Positions 1 through 10,741 of a stretch of DNA of 64,000 nt are shown here, piece by piece. The stretch is from an uncultured bacterium. GTDB lineage: Bacteria; Electryoneota; AABM5-125-24; Hatepunaeales; Hatepunaeaceae. Position 1 is the first letter of the stretch. Every line of letters begins with the position of its first letter. Under the pieces are notes generated by a model, which was not told the origin of the DNA, did not search any database, and saw nothing but the letters and a program-made list of their open reading frames with translations. The stretch lies in contig CAYLYZ010000012.1 of the NCBI GenBank assembly GCA_964387885.1, positions 6,576 to 70,575 on the forward strand, given 5' to 3'. The position numbers and the translations under genes are program-made.

Positions 1-146
1 GCGGTCAGCTCTACCCGCTTTCTTTTTCCAGTCTATTTCAAACCAGTCTCCGACACGATGTTTGATTCTGTAGCGGGAAATTATCCTGTTGTATAAGTAG
101 TGAAGTTTCTTTTTAAGTCCCATGAAGCTCATCATAATATTCACAA

Positions 147-1163
147 TCAGGGTTCAAGGTTTTTCTGATATGTCTGCCGTAAGAAATGATGGGCATTGAA
201 ATTTTCTTTGAACCGGAGTAATCCCCAGGTGGGATCACTATCAATCGATGAAATGCCAAAATCAAAATACCGGTATCCCTTACTTCTCGCCCATAAGATC
301 GAATGGTAGGTCAGGAAAGGGACAGGTCGCAATTTTTGAAACGGTTCCTGATGAGCCATGTAAAACTCAAGAACAGTGTGACGATTACAGCCGAAATTCC
401 AGATAAGAGAAATTATCTTCCCCTCGTATTCGACAACCGCCATCATAAGATGTTCAGGGATGAGGTTGTGTAATAATTCAATTTCATCGCGATTATGCGC
501 CGGTGTTACTCCAAGCCCGGTTCTATTTTCAACGAGGATTTCCCAAAATCTGTCAAACTCCTCTTGAGTCGGGTTTTCTATCTCTCGAAATTTTAAGCCG
601 ATTTTTTCAGCTCTTCGAAATGCATTTCTGGTTTTGTTTACGAATGAATTGAGCAATTCACTTTCCGGGACATCGAGTCGAACTCCCTGTGTGAGTTCAC
701 TGCGAATGACCTTAAATCCTTTTCTTTGAAGGGCAAAATCGAGCTGCTGCTCGGGAAATTCATTATATATAACCGGTGGAGGAGTTAACCGGATTTGATT
801 TACTCCAATAGATCTGGCGTATTCTACCATTGCATCCAGCAGCGATTCAAGATGATGATATCTCAATTTGGATGACCAAACCGGGCCTCCATAGGAAGCT
901 CCGGGATGGGAAATCCATGTCTTTTTACCTTTTTCATCTTCCGAAATCACCGCAGGTAGTATTCCAACTAAGTTACCATTCCTGCGGAACGTCACATGAT
1001 GTGTTTTGAATCTGTCCTGAGGGTGATAGGAGAGAAAACGGAGTGAATTGAATACTGTTCCGTTGATTGCATCATGCCAGAAATCTTCCCATTCTTCAGG
1101 AATAATAACGGGATCTGCAATAACGGGATGCTGTATTGTAAATGAGTTTGATTTTCCGGTCAA
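147..1163 (-). CDS. FemAB-like / GNAT-fold acyltransferase (peptidoglycan-bridge FemAB family-like)
   Basis: 338-aa ORF whose 4-bp overlap (ATGA) with the upstream ADH gene implies an operon. Sequence character is that of FemAB/BioF2-like acetyltransferases. Family assignment is from memory only. Confidence 0.45.
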   Translation of the reverse strand: MTGKSNSFTIQHPVIADPVIIPEEWEDFWHDAINGTVFNSLRFLSYHPQDRFKTHHVTFRRNGNLVGILPAVISEDEKGKKTWISHPGASYGGPVWSSKLRYHHLESLLDAMVEYARSIGVNQIRLTPPPVIYNEFPEQQLDFALQRKGFKVIRSELTQGVRLDVPESELLNSFVNKTRNAFRRAEKIGLKFREIENPTQEEFDRFWEILVENRTGLGVTPAHNRDEIELLHNLIPEHLMMAVVEYEGKIISLIWNFGCNRHTVLEFYMAHQEPFQKLRPVPFLTYHSILWARSKGYRYFDFGISSIDSDPTWGLLRFKENFNAHHFLRQTYQKNLEP

Positions 1164-2119
1164 GATTTGGGTAACCTGAATAATACTTTAATCACATCCG
1201 GATCTTGAGCTTTTTCAAATGCTGCTTCCCAGTCACTAAGATCGAATTCTTCATCAACCATATCATCAACCTTTAATCCTGTTTTCAGCGCGGTGATTGC
1301 CGGTTTGAACGGTCCGCAGCGTGAGCCAATTAGGGTTATTTCATAAATCACAAATGGAGCGGGATTGAACTTTATTTTTGATGCATAGGTGCTCTTCAGG
1401 ACTATTGTTCCACGAGGTTCAATGGCTTTTAATGCGGTTCGCAGCCCTAGCGGAGATCCGGATGCTTCGATGATTAGCGGATATTTCTGACCGGGAGGTG
1501 AAGTATTTAGATACCCCTTTGAAATGTATCCTTTCATTCTCCGCACTTTGCTCTCAGTGCGGCCCACAACCTCAACAAGGCAGAAGTTCTGAGTCATTAC
1601 CCTGGCGATCAGGTGAGCCAGTTTCCCATCACCTATAAGCAGTATTGGAGTGGAGGGTTTGAGATGAACCTGCTCAAATATCTCACAAGCTGCTGCCAGG
1701 GGTTCAGTCAAAACAGCAGTAGAATTATTGATTTCGTCAGGAACAGTGTGCAGATTCCACGAGGGTAGTGTTAAATATTCAGCAAAAGCTCCATCTCGCC
1801 CGGAGATTCCCAGCACATCCCGGTTCGGGCAGTGTCGAGGTAAACCATTCCGACATGTATCACAATGACCGCATGCGGAATTAATCTCGCCGACCACACG
1901 TCTCCCAATGAGTCCCGGTATTGCGTCACACTCTTCAACGACTCCTACAAATTCATGCCCGAGAGTTCCCTGAAATTTCATATAACCCTTGATAATCTCA
2001 ATGTCTGTTGCACAGATTCCAGCAGTTTCTACACGAATCAGGGCTTCGTTTTCATTGCATTCAGGTTTTGGGACATCGGCCAATTCTAACTGGCTGTTTT
2101 TAACTCTTAGTGCTTGCAT
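1160..2119 (-). CDS. Zn-dependent alcohol dehydrogenase, MDR superfamily (threonine/sorbitol dehydrogenase-like)
   Basis: Carries the catalytic zinc motif GHEFVGVV and the structural zinc Cys cluster C-G-H-C-D-T-C, followed by a Rossmann GxGxxA-like segment. Length is 319 aa. Confidence 0.85.
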   Translation of the reverse strand: MQALRVKNSQLELADVPKPECNENEALIRVETAGICATDIEIIKGYMKFQGTLGHEFVGVVEECDAIPGLIGRRVVGEINSACGHCDTCRNGLPRHCPNRDVLGISGRDGAFAEYLTLPSWNLHTVPDEINNSTAVLTEPLAAACEIFEQVHLKPSTPILLIGDGKLAHLIARVMTQNFCLVEVVGRTESKVRRMKGYISKGYLNTSPPGQKYPLIIEASGSPLGLRTALKAIEPRGTIVLKSTYASKIKFNPAPFVIYEITLIGSRCGPFKPAITALKTGLKVDDMVDEEFDLSDWEAAFEKAQDPDVIKVLFRLPKS

Positions 2120-2327
2120 TCTTAGTCAGACTCTCCTTTCAAATCGAGTAGCACATGCCTCCTTGCTTGTGAAAGGTACACTTATTAACGCAGACTTGCA
2201 TGTGAAATGTACTGCGTATTAAGGCAGGCGGGGATGCCTATGCTACTGAACAAAATACAAAATACAACCCAGACATCGATGTCTGGGTTGTATTGTATTT
2301 ATTCTACTAACTCTAATTCAAAGTGGA

Positions 2328-3476
2328 TCAGAATCTCACAGTAGCAGTAAGTTCCACCCTGGTTTTTGACTTTTGCACTGCTTTTTCCCCAAGTGCTTCC
2401 CGTTCTATTTCGGTTTCAAACCATATTACTCGGGGTTGAATATCAAGCCCCCAAATAGTCTTGTTGAGCATCAGGTGCCAGGCTGTTCGCAGGGCTTTTG
2501 AATCTTTAAATGCCAAGATCTTTTGTTCGTGAACTCCACTCTGGTATTTACCAGTCAGTCGGAATCCGTAATATTCTGCCGCAGCCATAACATCCATGTA
2601 TGTTGCCTCATGAATACCGCTACGTTCAGTAAACCCATAACTGACTTGAAGGACACTATTGCAATATTCGGAGAAACTTATCTTGTTCGTCACACCCCAT
2701 AAAGATTCATCGGTGTACAAAGAGTCAGGATCTGGTTTCTTCTCCTTGTCCCCATATCGATAGGGCAATCCAAAATCTCCGTCCAATTCATACTCAATTC
2801 CTTCCCAGTTAAACCTGGCGTTGAGACCAAAAAGGTATGAATAATGATCAATCGCGTGTGGTTCAGGCTGATACGATTCATTGAACTCGAGCTTATAACC
2901 ATCTACATCGTCTGTATGGAATGTTGCTCGAGGAGTCACCAGCAGCATTTCATTAAATAGTTGAACAGGAACCTGCAATTTGGCACCGTTTAGAGCCGAT
3001 ACTCTGTCATTGAAGACTCCGTCTCTTGGATCATAAATTCTGAAATCAATCACCTCCAACGCGGTATACAGGTCCCACATTGCATTGCCTGCCTGGGGAA
3101 TCTTTCCGAGTATAACCTGCGCATATGGCGTGTTCCAGTTAATGTATGCCTCCTGCAAACCGGGTTTCAAACCTTCAGAGCTGTTTATGTCCTGGTGCAT
3201 AACCGATTTAATCCCGGAGCGTAGAGTTATTCCACCTGTGATCATATCAGAGTCGGTAAGTTTAAATTTCAGCCCGATCTTATAGCCCAATCGTGTCAGG
3301 TTGTCAGTTTGAGTTTTTTTCCATGTGCCAGGTTCACCTGTTATTGTAAAATCGGTGAATTCTTTATTCACTTCATTACGCTGGCGAAATGAAACCAAAC
3401 CGAACCAATCTGTGATCTCAGCATGCAAGCTGCCGACATAGATCAGAAGCAGCACAATTGTGAGTAAGCCCTTCAT
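2328..3476 (-). CDS. outer-membrane beta-barrel protein, hypothetical
   Basis: Start moved to the internal Met (MKGLLTIVLLLIYVGSLHA signal peptide). The C-terminus ends ...VRF with a terminal Phe, typical of OMP barrels. Confidence 0.55.
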   Translation of the reverse strand: MKGLLTIVLLLIYVGSLHAEITDWFGLVSFRQRNEVNKEFTDFTITGEPGTWKKTQTDNLTRLGYKIGLKFKLTDSDMITGGITLRSGIKSVMHQDINSSEGLKPGLQEAYINWNTPYAQVILGKIPQAGNAMWDLYTALEVIDFRIYDPRDGVFNDRVSALNGAKLQVPVQLFNEMLLVTPRATFHTDDVDGYKLEFNESYQPEPHAIDHYSYLFGLNARFNWEGIEYELDGDFGLPYRYGDKEKKPDPDSLYTDESLWGVTNKISFSEYCNSVLQVSYGFTERSGIHEATYMDVMAAAEYYGFRLTGKYQSGVHEQKILAFKDSKALRTAWHLMLNKTIWGLDIQPRVIWFETEIEREALGEKAVQKSKTRVELTATVRF

Positions 3477-3528
3477 AGTGTCCTCAAAAGTTTTGTTACT
3501 TATTTGCTCAAGTCTCATGCCCCCCAAA

Positions 3529-3606
3529 TCGGGGAGGACGGACATTCCCGTCCGTCATTCAGTTTCGCATAAGCGGACAAGGGTGTCCGCGCTCCCTTGC
3601 ATCGAT
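3529..3606. repeat. REP family 1 composite: GGGGAGGACGGAC-ATTCCC-GTCCGTC hairpin plus an inverted degenerate partner (GCGGACAAGGGTGTCCGCGCTCCC)
   Basis: Perfect 7-bp stem GACGGAC/GTCCGTC. The same core recurs at 6 other sites in the window. Confidence 0.8.
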
Positions 3607-3757
3607 AGACCGTACTACCTTGCGTTAAAAGATTGTAACAGCGAAACATGAGTTATTAAAAAGGTAAATTTCTTATATCTCTATTTCAGTTTCTGTCCAT
3701 CAAACTGATGAAGAAACTGGAATATATAACATCCCGAATCAATCCTCCGGATGAATA

Positions 3758-5020
3758 TTAAGCTTTTCTTGTATTTTTGTAAAGATCATTTTCACCTTCG
3801 CTTTTTGCGATGATGGCAGTTCCTATGCTGTCACTGGTTACATTTGTCATCGTTCTGAACATATCTAAAGGTCTGTCTACAGCGAGCATAGTCCCAATAA
3901 TCAGTGCAACGTCAGTATCCTTGAATCCTACCGCCTGGGTTACAATAAATATCATCACAAGGCCAGCGCTTGGAATTCCCGCTGCACCAATTGAAGCCAG
4001 GAGTGCGGTCAACACGACAATAAACTGCTGGGACAGAGTTAGTTCAATACCGAGAACCTGACTGATGAAGATTACTCCGGCGCATTCATACAAGGCAGTA
4101 CCATCCATGTTAATGGTTGCACCCATTGGCAGCACGAAGCTGGATATCTTATTTGAAACACCCACGTTTTCCTCAACACATCTCATCGTAACCGGCAGCG
4201 TTGCATTGGATGAACTTGTCGAAAATGCTGTTGCCATTGCCGAAGCCATTGCCCGATAATGATGGATGGGATTAATTCGGGTAACAAGAAAGAAGATTAT
4301 CGGTAGAACAATAATTATATGGATAGACAATCCCGTTGCAATTGTCGCCATGTATATACCAACTGCTGCGAAGAGATCAAATCCTGAGGTTGCGACTGCC
4401 TTGGTAATTAATCCCAATACACCGAGTGGTGCCAGTTTGATGACCATTTCGGTGATTTTCATTATTGCAGAAAAAAAAGCACCGATTACATTTCGCAAGG
4501 TATCTCTATGTTCCGGTTTGATCTTGGTTATTACCGCTCCGAGGAAAATCGCGAAAAATATAAGTCCAAGCATATCACCCGTAGATGCTGCAGTGATCGG
4601 ATTCAAAGGGATCATTCGGATCAGAATTCCGGCGGGAGATCCCGGAGTTTGAATTGCTGAGGGATCGAAAGTGCTGTTTTCTGGTGCTGGAACACCGACT
4701 CCGGGTCGGATGATATTTGTCAGCATTAAACCAATAATAATTGCGAACAAACTTGTTGTCAGGTAATATAAAAATGTCTTTCCACCCAATCGACCGAGGC
4801 TTTTCCCATCGCCGATTCCTGAAACTCCCATCACGATTGATGAGAAGATCAATGGAACAATAACCATTTTCAGGAGACGGACAAATATTGTCCCCAGCGA
4901 AGTAATCATAGTAAAAAACCAGCCAGTAGGTGTGCCATCGTATACATTCTGGAAAATCACTCCAAAAATAACACCTATACCCATTGCAATAAGAATCTGC
5001 CAGTGAAGTTTTAGTTTCAT
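3758..5020 (-). CDS. dicarboxylate/amino acid:cation symporter (DAACS/GltP family)
   Basis: About 420 aa and polytopic, with GltP-like N-terminus MKLKLHWQILIAMGIGVIFGV and DAACS-type conserved segments. The start is ambiguous between 5047 and 5020. Confidence 0.8.
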   Translation of the reverse strand: MKLKLHWQILIAMGIGVIFGVIFQNVYDGTPTGWFFTMITSLGTIFVRLLKMVIVPLIFSSIVMGVSGIGDGKSLGRLGGKTFLYYLTTSLFAIIIGLMLTNIIRPGVGVPAPENSTFDPSAIQTPGSPAGILIRMIPLNPITAASTGDMLGLIFFAIFLGAVITKIKPEHRDTLRNVIGAFFSAIMKITEMVIKLAPLGVLGLITKAVATSGFDLFAAVGIYMATIATGLSIHIIIVLPIIFFLVTRINPIHHYRAMASAMATAFSTSSSNATLPVTMRCVEENVGVSNKISSFVLPMGATINMDGTALYECAGVIFISQVLGIELTLSQQFIVVLTALLASIGAAGIPSAGLVMIFIVTQAVGFKDTDVALIIGTMLAVDRPLDMFRTMTNVTSDSIGTAIIAKSEGENDLYKNTRKA

Positions 5021-5126
5021 GATCCTTCCAAAGTTGTCGATTTTCATCCTCGTTTAGAGCGGGGATTTTTTCAGATTAAAAATCTGTTGATTATCAAACC
5101 GGTCTTTTAAAAATACCAAGACAGAT

Positions 5127-5190
5127 AAAGATAAACAATGCTGAGTCGATAATCAAGTGTAACTGAAGATGTGGAGGATGAGCTTTATAT
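5127..5190 (+). repeat. 60-nt conserved element, copy 1 (AACAATGCTGAGTCGATAATCAAGTGTAACTGAAGATGTGGAGGATGAGCTTTATA)
   Basis: Near-identical copy at 7790-7850 in the same orientation. Confidence 0.7.
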
Positions 5191-5312
5191 CTTAACACGC
5201 AAACTTGGGATTAATGACTGATTTCGCAAGCAGCTCTGATCCTTGTGGTCAGGGCTGCTTGCGTTCCAGAATGTTTTGACGACGTACGTTCCTATACTCT
5301 TTCAACATCGTA

Positions 5313-7166
5313 CTATTTTATAAGCATCACCTTCTGTATAAGCATCTGCTCAGATGCTCTCATCTGAACGAAGTATAATCCTGTCGGTAGACCGCTGGCG
5401 TTTAAGGGTGTAGTGTGTATACCGGGTTGCTGATGACCTTCGAATAAAGTGGTTATTTGTTGTCCGGAAAGATTGTAAACCTGCATCGATATCTGATCCG
5501 GATAAGGTAGACCGTATCTGATTGTGGTTGTTGAGTTGAAAGGATTTGGAGTTGGGTTGAAAAGGATGAATTTATCCGGGATATCCCCGGTGAGTTTATC
5601 AAATACAGAATCACCTTCTACACCGGTTCCGATCAGCACAACTTTTTTCTCACCAATATAAATATTATCGGTAGTGATAGTTAGAGTGTCACAGTATTCT
5701 CCAACATATTCAGGTGAAAATGTTATCTGAACATTTACAGAATCACCAGAACCGAAGGTTATCTCGTTCTCAAAATTGGTGGTAAAGTAATCACTGTGGG
5801 TTGACATATCCGTAATTGTAATTTCACTTTCAACCCCTAGTTTGATGTATTTAATATACAAATCAATGTCATTTTGCTCGCCAGGTCTAAACTCTCCAAA
5901 ATTGACGGTACCATTACCCCACCCATTTATTAAATCCAATTCCACAAAAATATAAGTATAGGCTGAGCCAGACATTTCTCCGTTTTCATTATCACCGAAA
6001 GCTCCCACAATCACAAAATCATCGGTTATGGAAACTGAAATTCCGAAACGGTCACGCGCCACTCCATCACTGGCGATCACCTTTCCCTTTGGAACCCAAT
6101 TTTCGTTTTCACGGTCAAAGATATATGCAGAACCCGAATCTTCTCCATTATCATCGTCAAAATAAGATCCTACAATCGCCCAATCATCGGTTAAGGAAAC
6201 TGAATACCCGAAATAGTCCTCTGCCGCGCCATCACCAGCGGTTACCTTTTCCTGTTGAATCCAATCCTGTTCCTCTCGTAAAAAGAAATAAGCAGAACCG
6301 GAATTTTCTCCGCGATCATCGTCGTGTAGAGCTCCAACCACCGCATTAACACCACACAGGGACACTGAACCTCCGAAACGGTCATCTGCTTCACCATCAT
6401 CGGGGGTTATCTTATTTTGTTGAATCCAATTTGGGCCATCTTGGACAAAGATATATGCAGAGCCGGAATTTTCTCCGTTGTCATCATCACTTGAAGCTCC
6501 AACAATCACAGAAACACCGTTTATGCAAACTGAAACCCCGAAATAGTCTTCTGCTTCACCATCATTAGCGGTTATCTTTGCCTGTTGAACCCAATCCTCA
6601 CCATCTGGTTCACGGGAAAAGATATAAGCTGAACCGGAGAGTTCTCCACTATCATCATCTTGTGGGGTCCCGACAATCGCATAATTACCGTTTATGGAAA
6701 CTGAAACTCCGAATCTGTCCCATTGAGCAGCATCATCAGCGGTTATCTTATCCTGTTGAATCCAATCTTCCCCATCACGTACAAAAATATATGCAGAACC
6801 TGAATCTTCTCCGTCATCACTATCATCCATTGGAGCCCCAACAATCGCATAATTACCATTTATGGAAACTGAATTCCCGAAAAGATCTGCTGCCTCACCA
6901 TCATTAGCGGTTAGTTTTTCCTGCTGAATCCAATCCGCACCCTCACGATGAAAGATGTAAGCAGAACCTGATCCATCACCGTTATCATCATCATAGGGGG
7001 AGCCCACCAGAGCATAATCACCGCTAATGGAAACTCTAAGACCGAAATAGTCTCCTTCAGCACCATCATCGGGGATTAACTTTACTTCATGCTCTCGGAT
7101 AGCATAAGCAGTTTGAAAAAGTGAAAAGAAAAGGATGAAGACAATAATTAGATAATTTTGTTTCAT
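5313..7166 (-). CDS. secreted FG-GAP-like repeat protein with T9SS C-terminal sorting domain
   Basis: Signal peptide MKQNYLIIVFILFFSLFQTAYA and an AGGAGG RBS. Eight tandem ~45-aa repeats of the form FGxSVSINGNYAIVGAPxDDDNGExSGSAYIF. The C-terminus carries NPTPNPFNSTTTIRYGLP (T9SS CTD). Confidence 0.8.
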   Translation of the reverse strand: MKQNYLIIVFILFFSLFQTAYAIREHEVKLIPDDGAEGDYFGLRVSISGDYALVGSPYDDDNGDGSGSAYIFHREGADWIQQEKLTANDGEAADLFGNSVSINGNYAIVGAPMDDSDDGEDSGSAYIFVRDGEDWIQQDKITADDAAQWDRFGVSVSINGNYAIVGTPQDDDSGELSGSAYIFSREPDGEDWVQQAKITANDGEAEDYFGVSVCINGVSVIVGASSDDDNGENSGSAYIFVQDGPNWIQQNKITPDDGEADDRFGGSVSLCGVNAVVGALHDDDRGENSGSAYFFLREEQDWIQQEKVTAGDGAAEDYFGYSVSLTDDWAIVGSYFDDDNGEDSGSAYIFDRENENWVPKGKVIASDGVARDRFGISVSITDDFVIVGAFGDNENGEMSGSAYTYIFVELDLINGWGNGTVNFGEFRPGEQNDIDLYIKYIKLGVESEITITDMSTHSDYFTTNFENEITFGSGDSVNVQITFSPEYVGEYCDTLTITTDNIYIGEKKVVLIGTGVEGDSVFDKLTGDIPDKFILFNPTPNPFNSTTTIRYGLPYPDQISMQVYNLSGQQITTLFEGHQQPGIHTTPLNASGLPTGLYFVQMRASEQMLIQKVMLIK

Positions 7167-7789
7167 GATACTTCCTCCTGTTTAAAGTGTAAGTTTACCA
7201 AAAGGAATTGATCATAGACTATTGTTTGGAATCTGTATATCACGGGGGAAAGTCTAAGTCACCCCAATTTTAAAGGAAATATAGATTATCATTTTGGGAA
7301 TTCCAAACTTAATTACATGATTTTCTTGTTTTCGTACAACAATATATTTCTCTAATCCTGTCAAATTCCTGGTAAAGTGAAAATTAAGTCAGGTTCTGAA
7401 ATAAGTGTATTTTCTGAATTTTTTGCATTATTTGAATTCAGGGCGCACTTCAAAGTATTAAGGAATAAGAACCGGTACAGTCTGGTTAACTTTTTGTTCA
7501 TTTCTTTATCTACTCGTATTGCCTAAAGTGAATCAATTTGTTGTGTTTTTTAGGTTTGATTTTGCTATCTTTATTCATTCGCTAATTCAAAACAAATGAG
7601 GATAATAACCGCCGTCCGAATCCTCGTATTCCGAGGCTTTTAAGACCGACCATTTTTGTAAACCTATTCGGCTTCACTTTGGCAATTACATTCAATCACG
7701 TTCGCATCTTTGGCGGCTCTCTGACCTTAAGTGTACCGGGAGCTTGCTGAATATCAAGATGGTTTTTCAATAGGATTGGACAGGTTGAT

Positions 7790-7850
7790 AAAAACAATGC
7801 TGCGTCGATTATCAAGCGTAACAGAAGTTGTGGAGGATGAGCTTTATACT
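7790..7850 (+). repeat. 60-nt conserved element, copy 2
   Basis: Differs from 5127-5190 at only ~6 positions. It lies about 220 nt upstream of tRNA-Arg. Confidence 0.7.
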
Positions 7851-8070
7851 CAATCGTGATAACTTATCTAAAAGAGTACGATTTTCGGGAACAAGTTCTC
7901 TTTGGGATCGTTTATTGAATTCACAGAGTTTATCCATATTCTCAATATCAGAATGTGCATTTTTAAAACTGATATTAAGCTGTCACTAAAGTCACTAACT
8001 AAGTTTTCAGCTGTAAATGAACTTGTTTTATTTGTCTTTTTAGCTTATCTTTATATGGTTAGACTATTTT

Positions 8071-8144
8071 GCGCCCGTAGCTCAATTGGATAGAGCAGCG
8101 GCCTTCTAAGCCGCAGGTTTCGCGTTCGAGCCGCGACGGGCGTA
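8071..8144 (+). tRNA. tRNA-Arg (anticodon TCT)
   Basis: Cloverleaf read by eye: acceptor GCGCCCG/CGGGCGT, anticodon stem GCGGC/GCCGC with loop CTTCTAA, T-arm TCGCG-TTCGAGC-CGCGA, followed by a T-run. Confidence 0.8.
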
Positions 8145-8187
8145 CGATTTTTTTTGTAGTAATTTAGAAAAACTAAACAAAGTTGTA

Positions 8188-10605
8188 ATGTCGATAAAGA
8201 AAACTGAAATACATGAAGCTGAGATAAAAGCTCCGGATAAACTCCCTGTGTTACCGCTACGTGATTTGGTCGTATTCCCGCATATGGTTGTGCCTCTTGT
8301 TATTGGTCGTGAAGGGACGTTGGCAGCGGTTGATGATGGAATGCTCAATGGTCGGATGATCCTGCTTGTTGCTCAGAAAGAACCAGGTGATGAGGAGCCT
8401 ACAGCTTCCGGTATGTACCGGGTAGGCGTACTTGGTCGGATTGTCCAAATGGTGAAATTACCGAATGGTCTGGCGAAAGTCCTTGTTGAAGGTTTGATCC
8501 GAGCGAAGGTTGTGAGGTACCAGAAGCGTAGTAATTATTTACAAGCAAAGTACACGATTTATACAAAGAGTGACGAGGTCTCACCTCGAATTGAAGCTGC
8601 TCACCGTCATCTCAGCACGCTTTTTAAAGAATACATAACTTTGAGTCGTCAGATTCCTGATGAGATCACAATGACAATTGATCAGATTTCAAATTCAAGA
8701 CATCTGGCAGATTTTGTTGCGATTCATCTGGGTCATGATCTTAGGAAGAAACAGAAGGTTCTTGAATCATCTGATATTTATAAACTCCTTGTACAATTGT
8801 CATCGGAACTTCAGCATGAAATTGAAATTCTGACAATTGAACAGAATATTGAAGGTCAGGTTAAGGAGAAGATCACAAAGTCTCAGCGAGCCTATTATCT
8901 GCAGGAACAAATCCGAACGATAAAAAAAGAACTCGGTGAAGATCCCGATGAAGATATTTCTGATGTAATAGAATACAGGCGGAAGATAAAAAAAGCGAAG
9001 ATGTCAAAGGAAGCCAATAAAAAGGCTGATGAAGAGCTTAAGCGCCTCATGAATACTCCGATGATGTCCCCTGAAGCAACTGTAATTCGCACTTATCTCG
9101 ATTGGTTAATAGACGTCCCCTGGTACAAAACCACAAAAGATAACACTGACATTGGGAAAGCCTCGACGATTCTCGATGAGGATCATTATGGTTTGGAAAA
9201 ACCTAAAGAGAGAATACTTGAACATCTTGCAGTTCTTGCTCTTGCTGGAAAAATGCGTGGTCCCATCCTTTGTCTTGTAGGACCTCCCGGAGTAGGCAAG
9301 ACTTCGCTCGGAAAATCAGTAGCACGTGCCCTTAATCGGGAATTTGTACGGGTTTCTTTAGGTGGTGTAAGAGATGAGGCTGAAATTCGAGGTCATCGCA
9401 GAACTTATATTGGTGCATTGCCGGGTCGTATTGTTCAATCGATGAAAAAGGCGGGATCCGTCAATCCGGTTTTCCTGCTCGATGAAATTGACAAGATGAG
9501 TACCGACTTCAGAGGTGATCCTTCTTCTGCAATGCTTGAAGTTCTCGATTCTGACCAAAATCACACGTTTTCGGATCATTATCTCGAAGTAGATTATGAC
9601 CTTTCACAAGTTCTATTCATAACAACCGCCAATTATCAGGAAGCGATTCCATGGGCTTTACAGGACAGGATGGAAATAATCCGACTGCCCGGATATCTTC
9701 ACCAGGAAAAATTTGAGATTGCCCGTAGATTTCTCATCCCGAAACAAATGGAATTTAACGGTCTTAAAGAAAAAGATGTTGATATATCCGACGATTCCGT
9801 AAATGCGATAATTGAGCGTTACACTCGCGAGGCAGGAGTGAGAGATCTTGAACGGCAGATTGCAAAGGTGCTGCGTAAGTCTGCTCGTGAGATAATGGAA
9901 AAACCTAAACGCAAGAAGCCCTTGAAGATTGGCGTGAAGAAAGTTTCAAAGATGCTGGGAGTAGAACCTCACGACCGGCAGATCGCCGATGGTAAGGACA
10001 GGATAGGCGCAGCTGTTGGGTTGGCATGGACGGCAACGGGTGGTGAATTGCTTATGATAGAATCCGAATCGATGACCGGCAAAGGAACTTTAACCCTTAC
10101 CGGATCACTCGGTGATGTAATGCAGGAATCTGCTCGTGCAGCCCTTACATCGGTACGCAGCAGGGCAGATCAAATTGGATTTAAGGATGAGGAATTTCTA
10201 AAAAAGGAAGTCCATGTTCACTTCCCGGAAGGTGCAGTATCAAAGGATGGACCTTCCGCAGGGATAACAATAGCAGTTGCACTTGCCTCTAATTTTTCGA
10301 GACGACCCGTTCGTGGTGATGTCGCAATGACCGGTGAAATTACACTGCGAGGTGAAGTTCTACCCATTGGTGGACTCAGGGAAAAATTGATGGCAGCAGT
10401 TCGAGCAGATGTTAAAACGGTCATTATTCCTGAACGAAATCAAAGGGAATTAAGTGAAGTACCTGACGACGTTCTCAAACCGCTCGAAATTATTCCCGTA
10501 AAAACTATAGACAACGTTTTTGACGTTATGTTGCTGCCGGTTGATTCGAAGATAAAATCTGCGGCTACAAAAAGAAAGACTCGAAAGACATCAGCCAGAA
10601 AATAG
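8188..10605 (+). CDS. lon: ATP-dependent Lon protease
   Basis: 805 aa with a Lon N-domain, AAA+ Walker [10 protein letters not shown], and a C-terminal Ser-Lys protease domain (PSAGIT...K). Confidence 0.95.
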   Translation: MSIKKTEIHEAEIKAPDKLPVLPLRDLVVFPHMVVPLVIGREGTLAAVDDGMLNGRMILLVAQKEPGDEEPTASGMYRVGVLGRIVQMVKLPNGLAKVLVEGLIRAKVVRYQKRSNYLQAKYTIYTKSDEVSPRIEAAHRHLSTLFKEYITLSRQIPDEITMTIDQISNSRHLADFVAIHLGHDLRKKQKVLESSDIYKLLVQLSSELQHEIEILTIEQNIEGQVKEKITKSQRAYYLQEQIRTIKKELGEDPDEDISDVIEYRRKIKKAKMSKEANKKADEELKRLMNTPMMSPEATVIRTYLDWLIDVPWYKTTKDNTDIGKASTILDEDHYGLEKPKERILEHLAVLALAGKMRGPILCLVGPPGVGKTSLGKSVARALNREFVRVSLGGVRDEAEIRGHRRTYIGALPGRIVQSMKKAGSVNPVFLLDEIDKMSTDFRGDPSSAMLEVLDSDQNHTFSDHYLEVDYDLSQVLFITTANYQEAIPWALQDRMEIIRLPGYLHQEKFEIARRFLIPKQMEFNGLKEKDVDISDDSVNAIIERYTREAGVRDLERQIAKVLRKSAREIMEKPKRKKPLKIGVKKVSKMLGVEPHDRQIADGKDRIGAAVGLAWTATGGELLMIESESMTGKGTLTLTGSLGDVMQESARAALTSVRSRADQIGFKDEEFLKKEVHVHFPEGAVSKDGPSAGITIAVALASNFSRRPVRGDVAMTGEITLRGEVLPIGGLREKLMAAVRADVKTVIIPERNQRELSEVPDDVLKPLEIIPVKTIDNVFDVMLLPVDSKIKSAATKRKTRKTSARK

Positions 10606-10645
10606 TTAGCTTATCATAATCCCTGAATTATATTTTCAGGCTGAC

Positions 10646-10712
10646 GGATATTAAGAGTCCGGGATCAAGGAATTAGATTTTTCCCTGATCCCGGGTTCTT
10701 TCCCCCCTTTTA
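10646..10712 (+). terminator. hairpin terminator after lon
   Basis: CCGGGATCAAGG ... CCTGATCCCGG 11-bp stem followed by a TTTCCCCCCTTTT tract. Confidence 0.6.
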
Positions 10713-10741
10713 GGATAACTGCGAGGTGCCCTTTGCGAAAA

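Noticed and set aside
4065-4652. Plus-strand ORFs (64 and 128 aa) inside the DAACS transporter gene
   Set aside because: Antisense to a well-supported membrane transporter. Their hydrophobic mirror composition is typical of antisense ORFs of membrane proteins.
6089-6907. Plus-strand ORFs (86 and 109 aa) rich in His/Arg/Pro with internal periodicity
   Set aside because: They are antisense read-through of the highly repetitive FG-GAP gene and their periodicity mirrors the repeats. No start context.
8106-8348. 80-aa minus-strand ORF
   Set aside because: It overlaps the tRNA-Arg 3' end and the first 160 nt of lon on the opposite strand. A spurious antisense ORF.
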